Shown: positions 38,677 through 39,738 of the stretch, one piece after another | Layout of the letters: each line of letters opens with the position of its first letter | Numbering within the stretch: the first letter of the stretch is position 1 | Position numbers and translations under genes: made by a program | The notes under the pieces: model-generated | Database searches by the model: none | Told to the model about the DNA's origin: nothing | The model's input: the letters and a program-made list of their open reading frames with translations, nothing else | Virus record (IMG/VR): IMGVR_UViG_2529293069_000032 | Source: a virus | Lineage: Duplodnaviria; Heunggongvirae; Uroviricota; Caudoviricetes | Reading direction: 5' to 3' (one strand) | DNA length: 39,738 nt

Positions 38677-38864
38677 GGAAACCGCGACGGGGGAGCAATC
38701 CCCCGTCAATCGGTTGCTAAGGTTGGCTGAAGTGGCACCCTATCTCACAGACATGAACAACAAACCCGCAGCGTAAGAACTGCGGGTTTTCTTTTTGGAA
38801 CTATCACTAGCTAGTGTACCGTTAACGGCACATAATGCTCGCACAACAAACCTGTTAAAAGAGA

Positions 38865-39260
38865 TTACTCAGCATTCTCCTGCTTCCATTGCCGGATCAT
38901 TTCATCGGTAACATCACCCTCATAACATACCACGTCATACCCTCCATTACGGCTATATGCACTGCGTCCACCACATCTACTACCATTCCTTGCATGATTA
39001 TAAGGACACGCACAATTGCCTGGATAAGATTCAATGGATTCTTTAATTATTTCTTTTTTGATCTGAGCATCAGACTTTCCTGTTGCTGCATATCCACTAA
39101 AAGATACTAAACAAAGGCAGATTGCCATTAATAAACCACATCGCATACCGATACACTCAATTACTAACCAATCATAGCCCACATCATAAAATCGAGATGA
39201 GGAGCACAATACCTTTAACAAGAAGGTGTCATAACGATAATATGTCGTGCAATTCATCAA
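38865..39260 (-). CDS. Small Cys-rich secreted protein (hypothetical)
   Basis: Likely internal start giving MRCGLLMAICLCLVSFSGYA signal peptide; AT-rich; outside phage core. Confidence 0.45.
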   Translation of the reverse strand: MMNCTTYYRYDTFLLKVLCSSSRFYDVGYDWLVIECIGMRCGLLMAICLCLVSFSGYAATGKSDAQIKKEIIKESIESYPGNCACPYNHARNGSRCGGRSAYSRNGGYDVVCYEGDVTDEMIRQWKQENAE

Positions 39261-39456
39261 AAAAAAGATCTATATCAAAGAGATAGAACTCTTATCAGTG
39301 CTTCAGACATCGGCATTCGAGGCAGCAGAAAAACAGTAAATCTGACGAATTTGCCTTTTCCCAAGATGTTGTCAGATTAAAAAGATAGATTAGCGCAGGT
39401 ACCTGTTGGTGGATTGCAGGAGGAAAAATAAAGTCGAGTGGAAAAATCCCAGAAAA

Positions 39457-39570
39457 ATTTTTGTTTAACAGAGGTCCTGGTTCACTATGCGAAATACGGA
39501 GGAGCTGCAGAAGAATTCTGCTTCATCCTTAGAGTTTAAACAGCACGTGCACTACCATTGTTTCTGCATA
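39457..39570 (+). pseudogene. Degenerate second hok-like remnant
   Basis: TTTGTTTAACAGAGGTCC and ATGCGAAATACGGAGGAGCTGC parallel the leader and CEIR-coding segment of the intact locus (38460-38630); TM-coding part missing. Confidence 0.35.
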
Positions 39571-39622
39571 TCGCCACACCATCGCCACTCCACCGCCATT
39601 GCACAAAATACAAATACGAAAA

Positions 39623-39645
39623 AACCACCCGAAGGTGGTTTCACG
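39623..39645 (-). terminator. Rho-independent terminator downstream of tRNA-Leu (minus strand)
   Basis: Minus strand reads AAACCACCTTCGGGTGGTTTTTT: GC stem, TTCG loop, U-tract. Confidence 0.55.
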
Positions 39646-39684
39646 ACACTGCTTATTGCTTTGATTTTATTCTTAGCTTTCCCA

Positions 39685-39738
39685 TGGTACCCGGAGCGGG
39701 ACTTGAACCCGCACAGCGCGAACGCCGAGGGATTTTAA
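39685..39738 (-). tRNA. leuZ: tRNA-Leu (anticodon UAA, leuZ-like), 3' 54 nt; 5' part beyond window
   Basis: Reverse complement TTAAAATCCCTCGGCGTTCGCGCTGTGCGGGTTCAAGTCCCGCTCCGGGTACCA: anticodon-loop end, long variable arm, T-arm GGTTCAAGTCC, acceptor plus CCA; matches recalled E. coli leuZ. Confidence 0.85.

Noticed and set aside
1-39738. CRISPR arrays or cas genes
   Set aside because: No regularly spaced short direct repeats with unique spacers; the only tandem repeats are 132-bp coding repeats in the tail fibre and the short TGCACAA triplet.
39487-39738. 83-aa plus-strand ORF at the window end
   Set aside because: Overlaps the tRNA-Leu gene and its terminator on the opposite strand and the hok-like remnant; not a plausible protein gene.

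Overview
This window is a nearly complete P2-like (Peduovirus-type) prophage from an enterobacterial chromosome, annotated by reading the ORF track and sequence only (no searches run). Order left to right: tyrosine integrase, two AT-rich lysogeny-side cargo genes, an HTH repressor, the rightward early operon, a structured non-coding region, the rolling-circle replication gene A, a parMR-like partition module, a two-gene AT-rich membrane-protein cassette in the classical P2 tin/old variable position, a putative cos/packaging region, then the capsid, lysis, baseplate, tail-fibre and tail genes, and ogr. Beyond ogr lie a hok/gef-family toxin locus, a small secreted-protein gene and the 3' part of a tRNA-Leu(UAA) gene. 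Several things depart from canonical P2: the tail-tube/sheath operon (FI-FII-E-T-U) is inverted, gene D is split by a complete IS30 (1221 bp, 2-bp CT duplication), a macro-domain ORF sits between tail fibre H and its chaperone G, a hexapeptide acetyltransferase occupies the Z/fun position, and a SEC-C-motif protein sits between D and ogr. The best candidate for an undescribed system is the two-gene membrane cassette at 10535-11914, followed by the SEC-C protein at 36655-37794 and the tail-fibre-linked macro-domain protein at 25928-26830. All family assignments rest on motif recognition and recalled family sequences.
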